Source: a virus (taxonomy: Duplodnaviria; Caudoviricetes). Taken from it: a stretch of DNA of 38,931 nt. The notes beneath the pieces were generated by a model. It ran no database searches. It worked only from the letters and a program-made list of their open reading frames with translations, and was not told the origin of the DNA. The translations under genes and the position numbers were made by a program. Location: positions 1 through 38,931 of the IMG/VR virus record IMGVR_UViG_3300014202_000602; one strand, 5' to 3'. The number at the start of each line of letters is the position of its first letter. Position 1 is the stretch's first letter. This document shows, in pieces, positions 8,421 through 18,281 of the stretch.

Positions 8421-10773
8421 CGTAGAAGTTGGTTTTGCAGCCAACCTGGAAGGTCTGAAGAGCGGATTTTCCGACGCGGCAGGTGTCGTCAGGCAGGGCA
8501 CTGACGCGATCAGCGGATCGACAATGGCGACTGGCGCAGTTATGGGCGCAGTTGCCGGGGCTGTCACGGAGCTGACGGGCAGAATATTGAACGGCCTCTC
8601 TGCAGCGTTGACAGAAGCTTCCCAGAAATTCACCGTGCTGACGAAAGAAGTGGAAGGATTCCGAGCGGTGACTGGGATGTCGCTCGAGGCGTCTTCTGTC
8701 ATGATCGACGCACTCGGCGACATCGGGATCAAATCCACTGAGTATGAGCAGATAGTTCGCCGGACTGCAATGGCCCTGCGCACGAAAGAAGAGGCGTTCG
8801 AGCGACTGGGTGTCAAGGTGCGCAATACCAAAGGCGAATATCTGCCGATGAATGAAATCATCAAGAACGGCCTGTCCACCTTGATGGAGTACAAAGAAGG
8901 CACGGATCGCAATGCGGCGTCCATGGAGTTGTTTCGCATGTCCTGGAAGCAGCTTGAACCGATGATGCGATTGAGCACTGAGTTGTTAGAATCAAACGCT
9001 GAACAGGCTGAGAAGTTCGGCATGATTGTGTCGCAGGATGACGTCAACGCCATGCACGCGTTGCAACTAGCAACGGCAGACGCGCTGAAACCGTTGGAAG
9101 GCATGAGCGTGACAATAGGTCGTGCGCTCACGCCCTACTTGGTAGATCTTGCTGGAATATTGCAGACAGTTCTTACAGGCGCTTTCTACATAGTGACCGG
9201 AGCAGTCAAGGGTTTTCTGACTTTTCTTGAGTTACTGCAAAACGGGTTGTACGTTGTATCAGAGACAGCTCTTGGGATGGGTCGAGTTGTAGGATCGGTG
9301 TTCGAGGCAATTTGGAAGGCTATGACTTCAAAGTCTCCTGCAGAAGCACTTGGGGCGATAAGAAATGGATTCAAGCAAGTTGAAGCAGACGCCAAGTTAA
9401 CTCTTAATAACATTGTCTCGCATGTAGAAGAAACAAACAAACGTATTGCAAATATATGGGGTCTAGGAACGGACGCAGCCGCCCCTCCTCCTTCGGGGAC
9501 GAAGTCCTACCAGAAGAAAGAGAAAGCTGGGAAGAGCGGAGCAGAGGAGAAGGACACCGCAGCGGCTGACTACATGAAGCAGCTGCAGGAAGAGTGGGAG
9601 ACCAAGAAGCGTATCTACGAGATGGAGAACGGCCTGCGCAAGATCAGCAAGGAGCAGGAGCGCGACTACTGGATGTCAGCGCTCGGCTACATGTCGAATC
9701 TGACCAATTCAAAACAGCAGGTCCACGCAATTGAGCAAAAGATTCGCATCACCCATCTGGACGGCGTGCGCAAGGAACTTGAAGAAGAGCAGGCAATCGG
9801 CAGAATACGCGAACAGGATAGCGTGCGAGAAGCGCAAAGTTCAATCGCGTGGAAACGTGAAGAACTGGCGCAGAAAGCAGCTCTTGGTTTAATCAGCAAA
9901 GAGGAGGAGCTTCGCCAGCTGCGAGCCTTCGAAATTGAATCCCAGAATATACAGCGGGCAGCGCATGCACGGGAGATGGACGCGCTGAAGGATGAGCCTG
10001 TCAAGTACGCCCAAATGTACAGCAAGTTGTTGGAGATGCGCCGCACGCACGATCTCAATATTCTCAAGCTTGACAACCAGATCAAGGTCGCCAGCAACAA
10101 GCTGTGGACGGACATGTTCACGACGATCAGGCAGGCTTTCACGACTTCCGCCAACGGCATCATCGCCGGTACGCAGACACTGAAGGGCGCACTGCTGAAT
10201 ATCGCCAATGCGATCGGCTCGGCGCTGATCAACAAGCTCGCCATCGAACCGCTGATGAACTATCTCGAGTCTCAGCTCAAGATGACAGCGGCAACGCAGA
10301 CAGGAGTCGCGACAAGAACAGCCGTGCAAGCGGAGGGAGCTGCGACAGGCATGGCGATGAGCGCAGGTTCCATCATCAAGTCAATCATGAACTTCGCGGC
10401 AGAGACGTTCGCAGGAGTATGGGCTGCGCTCTCTGGGATACCATTCATCGGTCCTGCGCTCGCGGCGGCGCAGGCACCTGCAGCGATGGCAACGGTTGCC
10501 GCAGTCGCAGGCAGCGTGGCCTCTTCCGAACAAGGTGAATGGCGCGTGCCGCAGGATCGGTTGAACCTCGTGCACAAGGACGAAACAATCTTGCCTTCTG
10601 GTATATCGGAAAAGATGCGCAGTTTCTTTGAAGGCAAGAACCAGAATCAACAGGTGGTATTCCAGGTCAATGCAATCGACGGAGCCAGCGTCAAGAAGTT
10701 CTTCCTTGACAACGGGACGCATCTCGCGACAGCGCTCCGCATGCAGGCGCGCAACTTCTCGCCGGTGAAATAA
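8407..10773 (+). CDS. Tail tape measure protein
   Basis: 788 aa, helical and Ala/Gly/Glu-rich, follows the chaperone; C-terminal LVHKDETILP...VNAIDGASVKKFF. Confidence 0.9.
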   Translation: MAQNDVEVGFAANLEGLKSGFSDAAGVVRQGTDAISGSTMATGAVMGAVAGAVTELTGRILNGLSAALTEASQKFTVLTKEVEGFRAVTGMSLEASSVMIDALGDIGIKSTEYEQIVRRTAMALRTKEEAFERLGVKVRNTKGEYLPMNEIIKNGLSTLMEYKEGTDRNAASMELFRMSWKQLEPMMRLSTELLESNAEQAEKFGMIVSQDDVNAMHALQLATADALKPLEGMSVTIGRALTPYLVDLAGILQTVLTGAFYIVTGAVKGFLTFLELLQNGLYVVSETALGMGRVVGSVFEAIWKAMTSKSPAEALGAIRNGFKQVEADAKLTLNNIVSHVEETNKRIANIWGLGTDAAAPPPSGTKSYQKKEKAGKSGAEEKDTAAADYMKQLQEEWETKKRIYEMENGLRKISKEQERDYWMSALGYMSNLTNSKQQVHAIEQKIRITHLDGVRKELEEEQAIGRIREQDSVREAQSSIAWKREELAQKAALGLISKEEELRQLRAFEIESQNIQRAAHAREMDALKDEPVKYAQMYSKLLEMRRTHDLNILKLDNQIKVASNKLWTDMFTTIRQAFTTSANGIIAGTQTLKGALLNIANAIGSALINKLAIEPLMNYLESQLKMTAATQTGVATRTAVQAEGAATGMAMSAGSIIKSIMNFAAETFAGVWAALSGIPFIGPALAAAQAPAAMATVAAVAGSVASSEQGEWRVPQDRLNLVHKDETILPSGISEKMRSFFEGKNQNQQVVFQVNAIDGASVKKFFLDNGTHLATALRMQARNFSPVK

Positions 10774-10775
10774 TA

Positions 10776-11405
10776 ATGGGCAACGCAGTCTTTCCTTTCC
10801 TGCCGGGACTCAGCTGGGACCAGACGGTCACGCCGATGTTCAACACGCTCGTGAAGCGTTCAGTCAACGGTGCTGAGTATCGCTCGCTGGGAGCGCAGTA
10901 TCCGTTGTGGACTTTCACCGTCTCTCACGAGTTGCTGCGAGACGCCAACTGGACGCCGACCAACACAGAACTGCAAAAGCTGCTGGGGTTCTACCTAGCA
11001 CGCCAAGGTGCGTTCGACAGCTTTCTGTTTACAACACCGCATGACAACACAGCGAATGCGGCGAGTCTCGGGATCGGCAACGCTTCGAACTTGTATTTTC
11101 AGCTGTGTCGCCAGTACGGGTCCACCTACACCTTCAACGAGCCTGTGCAGAACTTGAACGCGCTGACGTCCATCACTTTCAACGGAGTGACGCAGAATGC
11201 AGCCAACTATTCTGTAGGGTCCACAGGACTGATCACATTCAACGCCAGCACACGACCTGGCAGCGGAGTGCTCGTCGCGTGGAACGGCACCTATTATTAC
11301 CGTGTGCGCTTTACAGAGGACAGCGCAGAATTCGCCAACATGATGCGAGGGTTGTGGTCGTTGGACAAATTAGCGCTTGTCGGCAGTCCGATGAATAAGG
11401 TTTGA
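10776..11405 (+). CDS. Distal tail protein (DUF2460-like)
   Basis: FPFLPGLSW, G.EYR, LLGFYLARQGAFDSFLF and YYRVRF motifs; follows the tape measure gene. Confidence 0.8.
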   Translation: MGNAVFPFLPGLSWDQTVTPMFNTLVKRSVNGAEYRSLGAQYPLWTFTVSHELLRDANWTPTNTELQKLLGFYLARQGAFDSFLFTTPHDNTANAASLGIGNASNLYFQLCRQYGSTYTFNEPVQNLNALTSITFNGVTQNAANYSVGSTGLITFNASTRPGSGVLVAWNGTYYYRVRFTEDSAEFANMMRGLWSLDKLALVGSPMNKV

Positions 11406-11406
11406 T

Positions 11407-12258
11407 ATGAAGACAGCTAGTGGTGCTCTAATCACCTTGCTCAACACCAATCAGTTCATCTGGGCTGATCTCTACACGTTCACGTTGATCGACGGGACGG
11501 TTCTGCGCTACACTTCCGCAGACTCAGACTTGGTTGTGTCCGGCAATACATTCAGCTCCGTTGGGCCATATCTGCAGCGCGGACCGACGAAGCTGGTCAT
11601 CGGGATTGAAGTCGACACTCTTTCCATCTCCTTCTTGCTCAACTCTGGAGTGCAGATCGGTTCGATACCCTTGGCCATGTTTGCACGCAACGGAGGATTT
11701 GACGGTGCGCGTTTGAAGCTGGAACGGGTGTTCATGGCGACGTGGGGTGACACTTCTGCAGGGACGTTGATAAATTTTGTTGGACGCGTGGCGGAGACCG
11801 TGGTCGGCCGTTCGCAGGTCGACATGAGCGTCAACTCAGACCTTGAGCTATTGAACATCATGTTGCCGCGCAACGTCTATCAAGCAGGGTGTTTGCACAG
11901 CCTGTACGACTCAGGATGCACGCTGAATCCTGCCACCTACACGGTGTCGAACGCGGCCACAGCAGGCAGCACGAATGTCGGAATAGTCAACACGCTCGCT
12001 CAGGCGTCAGGGTATTTCGATCTCGGCACGATCACCTTTACCAGCGGAGTGAACCTCGGCGTGACCAGGACCATCAAGAGCTACACCGTCGGCTACATAA
12101 TTCCATCGCTGTACTTCCCCTACACACCGGGAATCGGCGACACATTCACAGCGAAGCCTGGATGCGACAAGCTCTATGCGACTTGCGGTAGCAAATTCAG
12201 CAACACCGCAAACTTCCGTGGGTATCCAACGATTCCTGTGCCGGAGACGATCCTATGA
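11407..12258 (+). CDS. Tail hub protein (DUF2163/BR0599-like)
   Basis: ADLYTFTL.DG..LRYT, G.FDGA, PRNVYQAGCLHSLYDSGC and PGCDK...TC..KF.N..NFRGYP with conserved cysteines. Confidence 0.85.
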   Translation: MKTASGALITLLNTNQFIWADLYTFTLIDGTVLRYTSADSDLVVSGNTFSSVGPYLQRGPTKLVIGIEVDTLSISFLLNSGVQIGSIPLAMFARNGGFDGARLKLERVFMATWGDTSAGTLINFVGRVAETVVGRSQVDMSVNSDLELLNIMLPRNVYQAGCLHSLYDSGCTLNPATYTVSNAATAGSTNVGIVNTLAQASGYFDLGTITFTSGVNLGVTRTIKSYTVGYIIPSLYFPYTPGIGDTFTAKPGCDKLYATCGSKFSNTANFRGYPTIPVPETIL

Positions 12259-12677
12259 GCTGGCGTGAGGACGTTGTCGCTATTGCACAGACATGGCTGC
12301 GCACACCCTGGCGCCACGAGGCCTGCATTAAGGGCGCTGGCGTTGATTGCGCACAGCTCCTGCGTGCAGTTTATATCGAGGCGGGTCTTGCGCCTTACTT
12401 CGAGACGGACTCCTATCCGATGGACTGGATGCTGCACCGGGACGAAGAACGGTTCCTGGCCTATATTGAAAAGTACATGGATCCGGTCGAAGCACCGCAA
12501 CCGGGAGACGCTGCAGTTTGGACGTATGGCCGTTGCTTCTCACACGGCGCGATTGTGATCGAGTGGCCTGTACTGATTCACGCGTACAGGAAGGATCGCG
12601 GCGTAGTTTGGGGCGACGCCACCAAGGGCGAGTTTGTAGGTCGAAGCGTGTTGTTTTACACTCCAAGGATTGCATAG
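12255..12677 (+). CDS. NlpC/P60 tail-associated peptidase
   Basis: WLRTPWRH, GVDCAQL and HGAIV...IHA motifs. Confidence 0.85.
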   Translation: MSWREDVVAIAQTWLRTPWRHEACIKGAGVDCAQLLRAVYIEAGLAPYFETDSYPMDWMLHRDEERFLAYIEKYMDPVEAPQPGDAAVWTYGRCFSHGAIVIEWPVLIHAYRKDRGVVWGDATKGEFVGRSVLFYTPRIA

Positions 12678-12680
12678 GCC

Positions 12681-13481
12681 ATGGGACTACTGTTCGGCGG
12701 AGGAAGTGATGTAAGCATCAGCACGTCAGACAACAAGCTGTCGGGGATGAACATTCAGAATTCCTCGCAGGGTGTTCCTGTAGCGCTGGTGTATGGAAAG
12801 ACACGCGTGCCGTCGAATCTTCTGTGGTATGGAGATTTCATAGCCGTGCCGCACACGACGACAACGACGTCAGGTGGCGGTGGGAAAGGCGGAGGAGGTG
12901 GCAGTACCACACAGACGCACACGTCCTACACCTACACGGCAGGCGTTGTACTAGGTATCTGCGAAGGCCCAGTGGTTGGATACGACAAGGCATGGGCGTC
13001 GAAAGACATAACGGACAACGCAACACTCGGTCTTACAGAGTTTCTTGGAAGTTACGCTCAAAATCCTTGGAGCTACTTGACGACGAATCACCCCGCTGAC
13101 GCTTACACCTACAGAGGCACAGCGTATGTAGCAACCTCCGCGTTGGATCTCGGAGACAACTCTGGAATGCCGAATCTGTCATTCGAGGTGGAAGCGTTGT
13201 TGTTTGCGTCCGCCATCACTCCGCCAGACTTGAATGTGGCGACCGTTGTCGATGACATCCTGCCAAATACGAATTACGGCGCTGGCTTTCCGTCTTCTCA
13301 GATCGGCGATCTGACAGACTTTGAAACCTACTGTACGGCGACTGGTATAAACATCTCGCCTGCCTATATCACACAGCGTTCAGCAGCGGAAATTCTGACG
13401 GAGCTTGCGATGATCGGAAATGCCGGTATCGTTTGGTCTGAAGGTGTGCTGAAGATCATCAACTACGGCGACGAGATATAG
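12681..13481 (+). CDS. Tail tip protein, N-terminal module, copy 1
   Basis: GVPVALVYGKTRV..NLLWYGDF, GGGGKGGGG, ICEGPV, YRGTAYV, PNLSFEV; stops right after WSEGVLKIINYGD. Confidence 0.8.
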   Translation: MGLLFGGGSDVSISTSDNKLSGMNIQNSSQGVPVALVYGKTRVPSNLLWYGDFIAVPHTTTTTSGGGGKGGGGGSTTQTHTSYTYTAGVVLGICEGPVVGYDKAWASKDITDNATLGLTEFLGSYAQNPWSYLTTNHPADAYTYRGTAYVATSALDLGDNSGMPNLSFEVEALLFASAITPPDLNVATVVDDILPNTNYGAGFPSSQIGDLTDFETYCTATGINISPAYITQRSAAEILTELAMIGNAGIVWSEGVLKIINYGDEI

Positions 13482-13482
13482 C

Positions 13483-14430
13483 ATGGGCTTCCTATTCGGA
13501 AGAAGCAAGACAGGTCAACAGCAGAATACATCTGCCAATAAGCTGTCTGGGATGAGTGTTCATACGTCGTCGCAAGGTGTTCCCATTCAGCTTGTCTACG
13601 GCAAGGCGCGTGTTGTCGGCAATTTGCTTTGGTATGGCGATTTTACGGCAGTACCGCACACGACAACAGAGACGACAAGCGGAGGTGGAGGCGGGAAAGG
13701 CGGTGGAGGAGGTGGAGGCGAGTCGCAAACGGTCACACGTACAACCTACACCTACACGGCAGGCGTCGCTATCGGTATCGGTGAAGGGCCAGTTGACAGC
13801 TACGGTAGTGTCTGGGCTTCCAAGAACAAGAGCGACGTGACGGCACTTGGAATGACCACGTTCACAGGGAGCTACTCGCAGAATGCCTGGAGCTACTTGA
13901 CAACCTACCATCCTGCTGACGCTTACACCTACAGAGGCACAGCGTATGTAGCGAATGGCGCGTTTGACCTTGGAAGCGGCAGCTCCTTGCCGAATCTGTC
14001 GTTCGAAGTCGGTGGATTGCTCGGCCCTGTCGATACCAACCCAATATCGATCGCTTTTGACCTCGCCACCAATGCAAAATACGGAGCATCATTCCCGCAG
14101 GCGAATTTCGACGCAGTGCAGGACTCAACGGCTTATTGCTTGGCGGCGGATATCGTCGTCTCCCCTGTCTATAAGGACCAGCGGGTCTCCAGTGAGTTGA
14201 TTGAAGAGTTGGCGCTGATAGCCAACTGCGGGGTTGTGTGGTCCGAAGGCAAGCTGAAGCTGATTCCCTATGCGGACAAGGACATAATCCGCTTATTCCC
14301 TCTTCCGGTGCCGACCATCAGCTCAGTCTATTGTTCTTCGCTACGACAGGCTCCCGATGCGTGGTCGGCTCCAACAGTCGCACTTGACTCCTGCGTGCCG
14401 TCGTTCTCAGTGCTTGCTTCTTCCCCATAG
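13483..14430 (+). CDS. Tail tip protein, N-terminal module, copy 2, with C-terminal extension
   Basis: Colinear paralog of 12681-13481. Continues about 45 aa past WSEGKLKLIPYAD. Confidence 0.8.
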   Translation: MGFLFGRSKTGQQQNTSANKLSGMSVHTSSQGVPIQLVYGKARVVGNLLWYGDFTAVPHTTTETTSGGGGGKGGGGGGGESQTVTRTTYTYTAGVAIGIGEGPVDSYGSVWASKNKSDVTALGMTTFTGSYSQNAWSYLTTYHPADAYTYRGTAYVANGAFDLGSGSSLPNLSFEVGGLLGPVDTNPISIAFDLATNAKYGASFPQANFDAVQDSTAYCLAADIVVSPVYKDQRVSSELIEELALIANCGVVWSEGKLKLIPYADKDIIRLFPLPVPTISSVYCSSLRQAPDAWSAPTVALDSCVPSFSVLASSP

Positions 14431-14437
14431 GTCAAAT

Positions 14438-15166
14438 ATGTCAAACGAATTCATCCCGGGAATGGTTCACCCCGAAGAAGAGTACAAGGAGTTGGAAGAC
14501 CTTTCGCGCAAGCTCGGTATACCTGTCCCGATGATGCGCATCCGCGTCGAAGCAACGAATCCGGACGGTACGCAAGGCGAGGTGTATGAGGGCCGTATGC
14601 GGACGTGGAATCGCAATTTTTGGAATGCAATTTTTTGTGGACTTAGTGGATTTCAAGCAGCAGCAGATGGGTCAAACAATAAATACACTTCTGACACCAC
14701 GTTTGGGGCGGCGCATCTGTCCGCTAAAAACACATCAGGAACCGTGCAGGATGCTAGGGTGCCGTATTACAATAAATTGGGGTTGTACTGTCCGAAAATT
14801 GTGAGTGCATCAGGAGATGGCGCAGCGACAGGGATGGTTGTAGGGACTAGTAACACCGCAGAGAGCTTTGAAGGATACGCTCTTGGGGCGTTGTGCGCTC
14901 ACGGAACAGGAGCGGGGCAACTATCTTACGCAGCAATGGCTTTTACGCAACCGACTTATTCGTCTTTGGTTTGGACACAGATCGCAACTCGATATTTCAA
15001 TAACAACAGCGGGGGGACAATCGTCATTGCTGAGACAGGGCTGTACCTCACCACACTTGGAGGCACGTTCATGGCGGAGCATACAGTACTTCCATCAACA
15101 ATCTCCGTACTGACAGCGGGACAGCTGACAGTAACTTACACCTTTTCTCTAACTTTCCCAGCTTAG
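14438..15166 (+). CDS. Putative tail-associated structural protein, paralog A
   Basis: ATG 14438 just after the upstream stop. Beta-rich; VVGTS...ALG...AETGLY...LTVTYTF loosely recalls tail-collar/fibre-base proteins. Paralog of the next gene. Confidence 0.6.
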   Translation: MSNEFIPGMVHPEEEYKELEDLSRKLGIPVPMMRIRVEATNPDGTQGEVYEGRMRTWNRNFWNAIFCGLSGFQAAADGSNNKYTSDTTFGAAHLSAKNTSGTVQDARVPYYNKLGLYCPKIVSASGDGAATGMVVGTSNTAESFEGYALGALCAHGTGAGQLSYAAMAFTQPTYSSLVWTQIATRYFNNNSGGTIVIAETGLYLTTLGGTFMAEHTVLPSTISVLTAGQLTVTYTFSLTFPA

Positions 15167-15178
15167 TAGAGGCTCCCT

Positions 15179-15895
15179 GTGAAACCACAGATTTTCACAC
15201 CTGGCGCAATACACCCGGAAGCGGATTATGAACGCTTGATCGAACTGAGCGTGAAACTTGGAATCCCTGTTTCCGTTGGAAGATTGAAGCTTGAATCTCG
15301 TGATTCTTCCGGCGGCATTATACAGGTGCATAACGACCGTCTGCGAACGTGGAACCGCAACTTCTGGAACAGCGTGATGCGCATGTGGGCTTGCATGGCA
15401 TCGAACGTGCTTACTTCTAGCACTACGTTCGCCGCTGGGTATTTGAGTTTGAAGACCGTTGGTGGGGTCGTGAATAATGCAAACAACGGAGCATATCAAA
15501 ACTACACGTACGACGCTATAAACATGGCATCGACAACGACAACGGCAGGGATCGTTGTAGGGACCAGCTCAGCAGCAGAGAACTTTGAGGGATCTGCGCT
15601 CGGGACTTTGATAGCTGCTGGGACAGGCGCTGGGCAGATGTCTTACCAGACTCCAATTTTTCAGCAACCCACCTACAACGCAGGGACAAAAACCTGGACG
15701 CAGACTTTGGTGCGTGTCATGAATAACAACAGCGGAGGAACGATTGTTGTGGCCGAAGCTGGAATATACGTGTGGGACTCAGGAGCCCCTGGCGCCTATA
15801 TGATTGAGCGCTCTCTTTTGAGTTCTCCAGTCTCTGTCCTCACAGGAGGACAACTGACCGTGACATATACATTTACGCTGACATTCCCAGCATGA
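15179..15895 (+). CDS. Putative tail-associated structural protein, paralog B
   Basis: Shares HPE..Y..L..LS.KLGIPV, RTWNRNFWN, GTGAGQ.SY, NNNSGGTIV.AE.G.Y and GQLTVTYTF.LTFPA with paralog A. Confidence 0.6.
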   Translation: MKPQIFTPGAIHPEADYERLIELSVKLGIPVSVGRLKLESRDSSGGIIQVHNDRLRTWNRNFWNSVMRMWACMASNVLTSSTTFAAGYLSLKTVGGVVNNANNGAYQNYTYDAINMASTTTTAGIVVGTSSAAENFEGSALGTLIAAGTGAGQMSYQTPIFQQPTYNAGTKTWTQTLVRVMNNNSGGTIVVAEAGIYVWDSGAPGAYMIERSLLSSPVSVLTGGQLTVTYTFTLTFPA

Positions 15896-15896
15896 T

Positions 15897-17360
15897 ATGG
15901 ATTATGCAAACATCCCGACTTCAACGCTCGACTCATCTGTACCGACGTTCAACGTCAGTACGAGCGAGCTGCATCCAGATCCAGGCTATTCCAACACTCC
16001 GGCATTCAATCTGCAGTCGGCAGTTCCGACCTTCACGGTCTCCGCCTCATGGGCACTACTCAACGTCGACCTGCTTGTCGGGTCTTACAGGGCTAACGTG
16101 ACAATCCAATACGCTCTCACTGACGACGACTTCATCGCTGCTCCCGGCGAAGACCCAATCAAGGTCACGCGCAAGAGGCAGGCGGATGCCTTCAATCAAG
16201 TCCAGATCGAATGCCTGGACCGCGCCAACGACTACAACATATGTGTCGTGGAGGCGAAGGATCAGTGGAATATTGACGCCTATGGGCTGCGACCTATGCC
16301 GCTGATCAGCTGTCATGCGATCTGTGTTCCGCAGACTGCTCGGGACATGGCGCAACGTGTGCTGCAACGAGCGCTGTATATTCGCAATACGTTTGAATTT
16401 ACACTGAGCTGGAAGTACAGTCGTCTTGAGCCGATGGACTTGGTAAGTCTGACGGACGCAGGTATGGGCATGTCTGCCACGCCTGTGAGAATCATCGCCG
16501 TCGAGGAGGACGAGTCCGGCAACTTGAAGATAACAGCAGAAGACTTCCTCAGTGGATCTTTGACCGCTGGAACTTACACTCCTCCGCCGTCGAACGGATA
16601 CGTGACCAACCAAGCTCTGAGTGGTGGGAACACCTCCACGCCGATAATCTTCCAGCCTTCCGTCGATCTGGCCGGAGCATCACAGGCGTGGATCGCAGCA
16701 TGCGGTGGAGTCAATTGGGGCGGTGCAGAAATATGGGTCAGCAGTGACGGCGCAACCTACTCGAAGATGGGCGTCGTATCAGCACCTGCACGCTTCGGTA
16801 TCCTGTCGGCGAATCTGCCTGCAGGCGCGGACCCGGACGTCACGAACACCTTGAGCGTGGACCTGACAACTTCCTCTGCTGAACTCACAGCTGCGTCAAA
16901 TCTGCAGGCAGACGCGCTGGCGACGTTGTCCTACTGCGGAGGGGAGCTTCTGGCTTACGCAGGCGCGAACCTGACTGCGGCGTATCAATACAATTTGACC
17001 TACCTGCGCAGAGGCCAGTACGGTACATCAATCGCAGCGCATTCCATCGGCGAGACCTTCTTGCGGTTGGACGAAGCTGTCGCCAAGATCGATCTTGCAA
17101 GCTCTTGGGCTGGATATACACTGTACCTGAAGCTGCCGAGTTTCAACGTGACAGGAGGTGGGCTGCAGAGCTTGGCAGACGTTGCCGCGACTCCGTACTA
17201 TGTCGAGTCTGTACCTGTCATCCTTTCGGGTGGTGCAGCGCCGTCGAACATCCCATTCGGCCAATACTATTACATCCAGACAGGGTCTCAGATCGTCATA
17301 TCTGGACGACTCACAATCTCAGGCCGATTGAAGAACAACGGTCGATTGACCATCAACTAG
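15897..17360 (+). CDS. Tail tip protein, C-terminal module
   Basis: LTDDDFI...RKRQADAFNQVQIE.LDRANDYN, LEPMDLV, WGGAEIWVS.DG, YLRRGQYGT and YLKLPSFN motifs of the central/C-terminal part of this tail-tip family. Confidence 0.8.
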   Translation: MDYANIPTSTLDSSVPTFNVSTSELHPDPGYSNTPAFNLQSAVPTFTVSASWALLNVDLLVGSYRANVTIQYALTDDDFIAAPGEDPIKVTRKRQADAFNQVQIECLDRANDYNICVVEAKDQWNIDAYGLRPMPLISCHAICVPQTARDMAQRVLQRALYIRNTFEFTLSWKYSRLEPMDLVSLTDAGMGMSATPVRIIAVEEDESGNLKITAEDFLSGSLTAGTYTPPPSNGYVTNQALSGGNTSTPIIFQPSVDLAGASQAWIAACGGVNWGGAEIWVSSDGATYSKMGVVSAPARFGILSANLPAGADPDVTNTLSVDLTTSSAELTAASNLQADALATLSYCGGELLAYAGANLTAAYQYNLTYLRRGQYGTSIAAHSIGETFLRLDEAVAKIDLASSWAGYTLYLKLPSFNVTGGGLQSLADVAATPYYVESVPVILSGGAAPSNIPFGQYYYIQTGSQIVISGRLTISGRLKNNGRLTIN

Positions 17361-17369
17361 GAGATCACC

Positions 17370-17858
17370 ATGGGCGACGTAGTGCTATCGCAGCAAGCAA
17401 ATCCAGGAACAGCAGGAGCGAACATGGCGGTTGTCTACGTCAATCTTTCCAACCAGCCGTGCTTCACGCTGAGCGACGGTATTGAACGACCGCTCATGAC
17501 TGCCAACGCGCCTGTCGCCGTCGGCAGTGTGAATCCTGGGACGAATGGGGTGCCTTCTCTCGGCACAGCAGGACTCGGTTTCAAGGAGTTGTTCCTCGAC
17601 TACACGATTACGCCAACCGTCGGCAACGTGACAATCAACAAAGCTTCCGGGCGAGCCATCGTTGCCAACGCGGCGACGTCTGTGACGGTGACAAACAATC
17701 TTGTGACCGCGAACACCTGCGTGATTGCTGTCGCCGCAGCGAATGATTCGACAGGGTGGGTGAAAAATGTCGTATCAAACTCCGGCAATTTCGTGGTGAC
17801 ATGCAACGCACCTTCGGCGAACATGCCGATTAATTTCCTTGTGATGGGAGCTGATTAA
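17370..17858 (+). CDS. Small tail fibre/spike-like protein
   Basis: AGGAG RBS; beta-strand-rich VTINKASGR...SVTVTNNLVTAN; very Asn-rich; last gene of the tail module. Confidence 0.55.
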   Translation: MGDVVLSQQANPGTAGANMAVVYVNLSNQPCFTLSDGIERPLMTANAPVAVGSVNPGTNGVPSLGTAGLGFKELFLDYTITPTVGNVTINKASGRAIVANAATSVTVTNNLVTANTCVIAVAAANDSTGWVKNVVSNSGNFVVTCNAPSANMPINFLVMGAD

Positions 17859-18281
17859 ATGGCCCAAGAGATAAGTGCCTCGTTGTCGGAGATTGTCGGA
17901 CTTGCCGTTGTGCTTATCGGAGCATTTTGGACGATTGGTTCTATCGCTGTGCGAGAAGTCAAGAAAAGCATCGATGAGAAATTCACCGCGACCAATGAAC
18001 GAATAGACGAGCGGTTCCAAGCAAGCGCAGACCGGCAGGACCAGAAGTTCCGCACCATCGATGATAAGCTGGCCACCTTCGACGCACTGCATACCAAGCT
18101 CGCTGCGGTCGACAAAGACCTCGTGCAAGTACGGCTTGAGATGGCAACCAACTTCGTGCGGCAGGAAGGTCTGCAACGGCTCCAGCAGCGTATGGAAGCG
18201 TTGTTCAAAGAGGTGTTTGACAAGCTGGATGCCAAAGCAGACAAGGTGGACTGCCCAACCCTGCATCCGAGCCAAAAATGA
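17859..18281 (+). CDS. Membrane-anchored coiled-coil protein (holin/antiholin-like)
   Basis: One N-terminal hydrophobic helix followed by a coiled coil; first gene of the lysis cassette. Confidence 0.55.
   Translation: MAQEISASLSEIVGLAVVLIGAFWTIGSIAVREVKKSIDEKFTATNERIDERFQASADRQDQKFRTIDDKLATFDALHTKLAAVDKDLVQVRLEMATNFVRQEGLQRLQQRMEALFKEVFDKLDAKADKVDCPTLHPSQK

Noticed and set aside
12870-13720. GGN-rich runs as simple-sequence contingency repeats
   Set aside because: They encode the GGGGKGGGG linker typical of this tail protein family and use mixed codons.
12681-15895. Paralog pairs as a diversity-generating retroelement or invertible shufflon
   Set aside because: Differences are not adenine-specific, the copies are direct rather than inverted, and no reverse transcriptase or invertase is in the window.
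14430-15897. Self-splicing intron or intein rejoining the split tail-tip gene
   Set aside because: The interval is filled by two structural-looking ORFs; no homing endonuclease, intron core or intein termini are recognisable.
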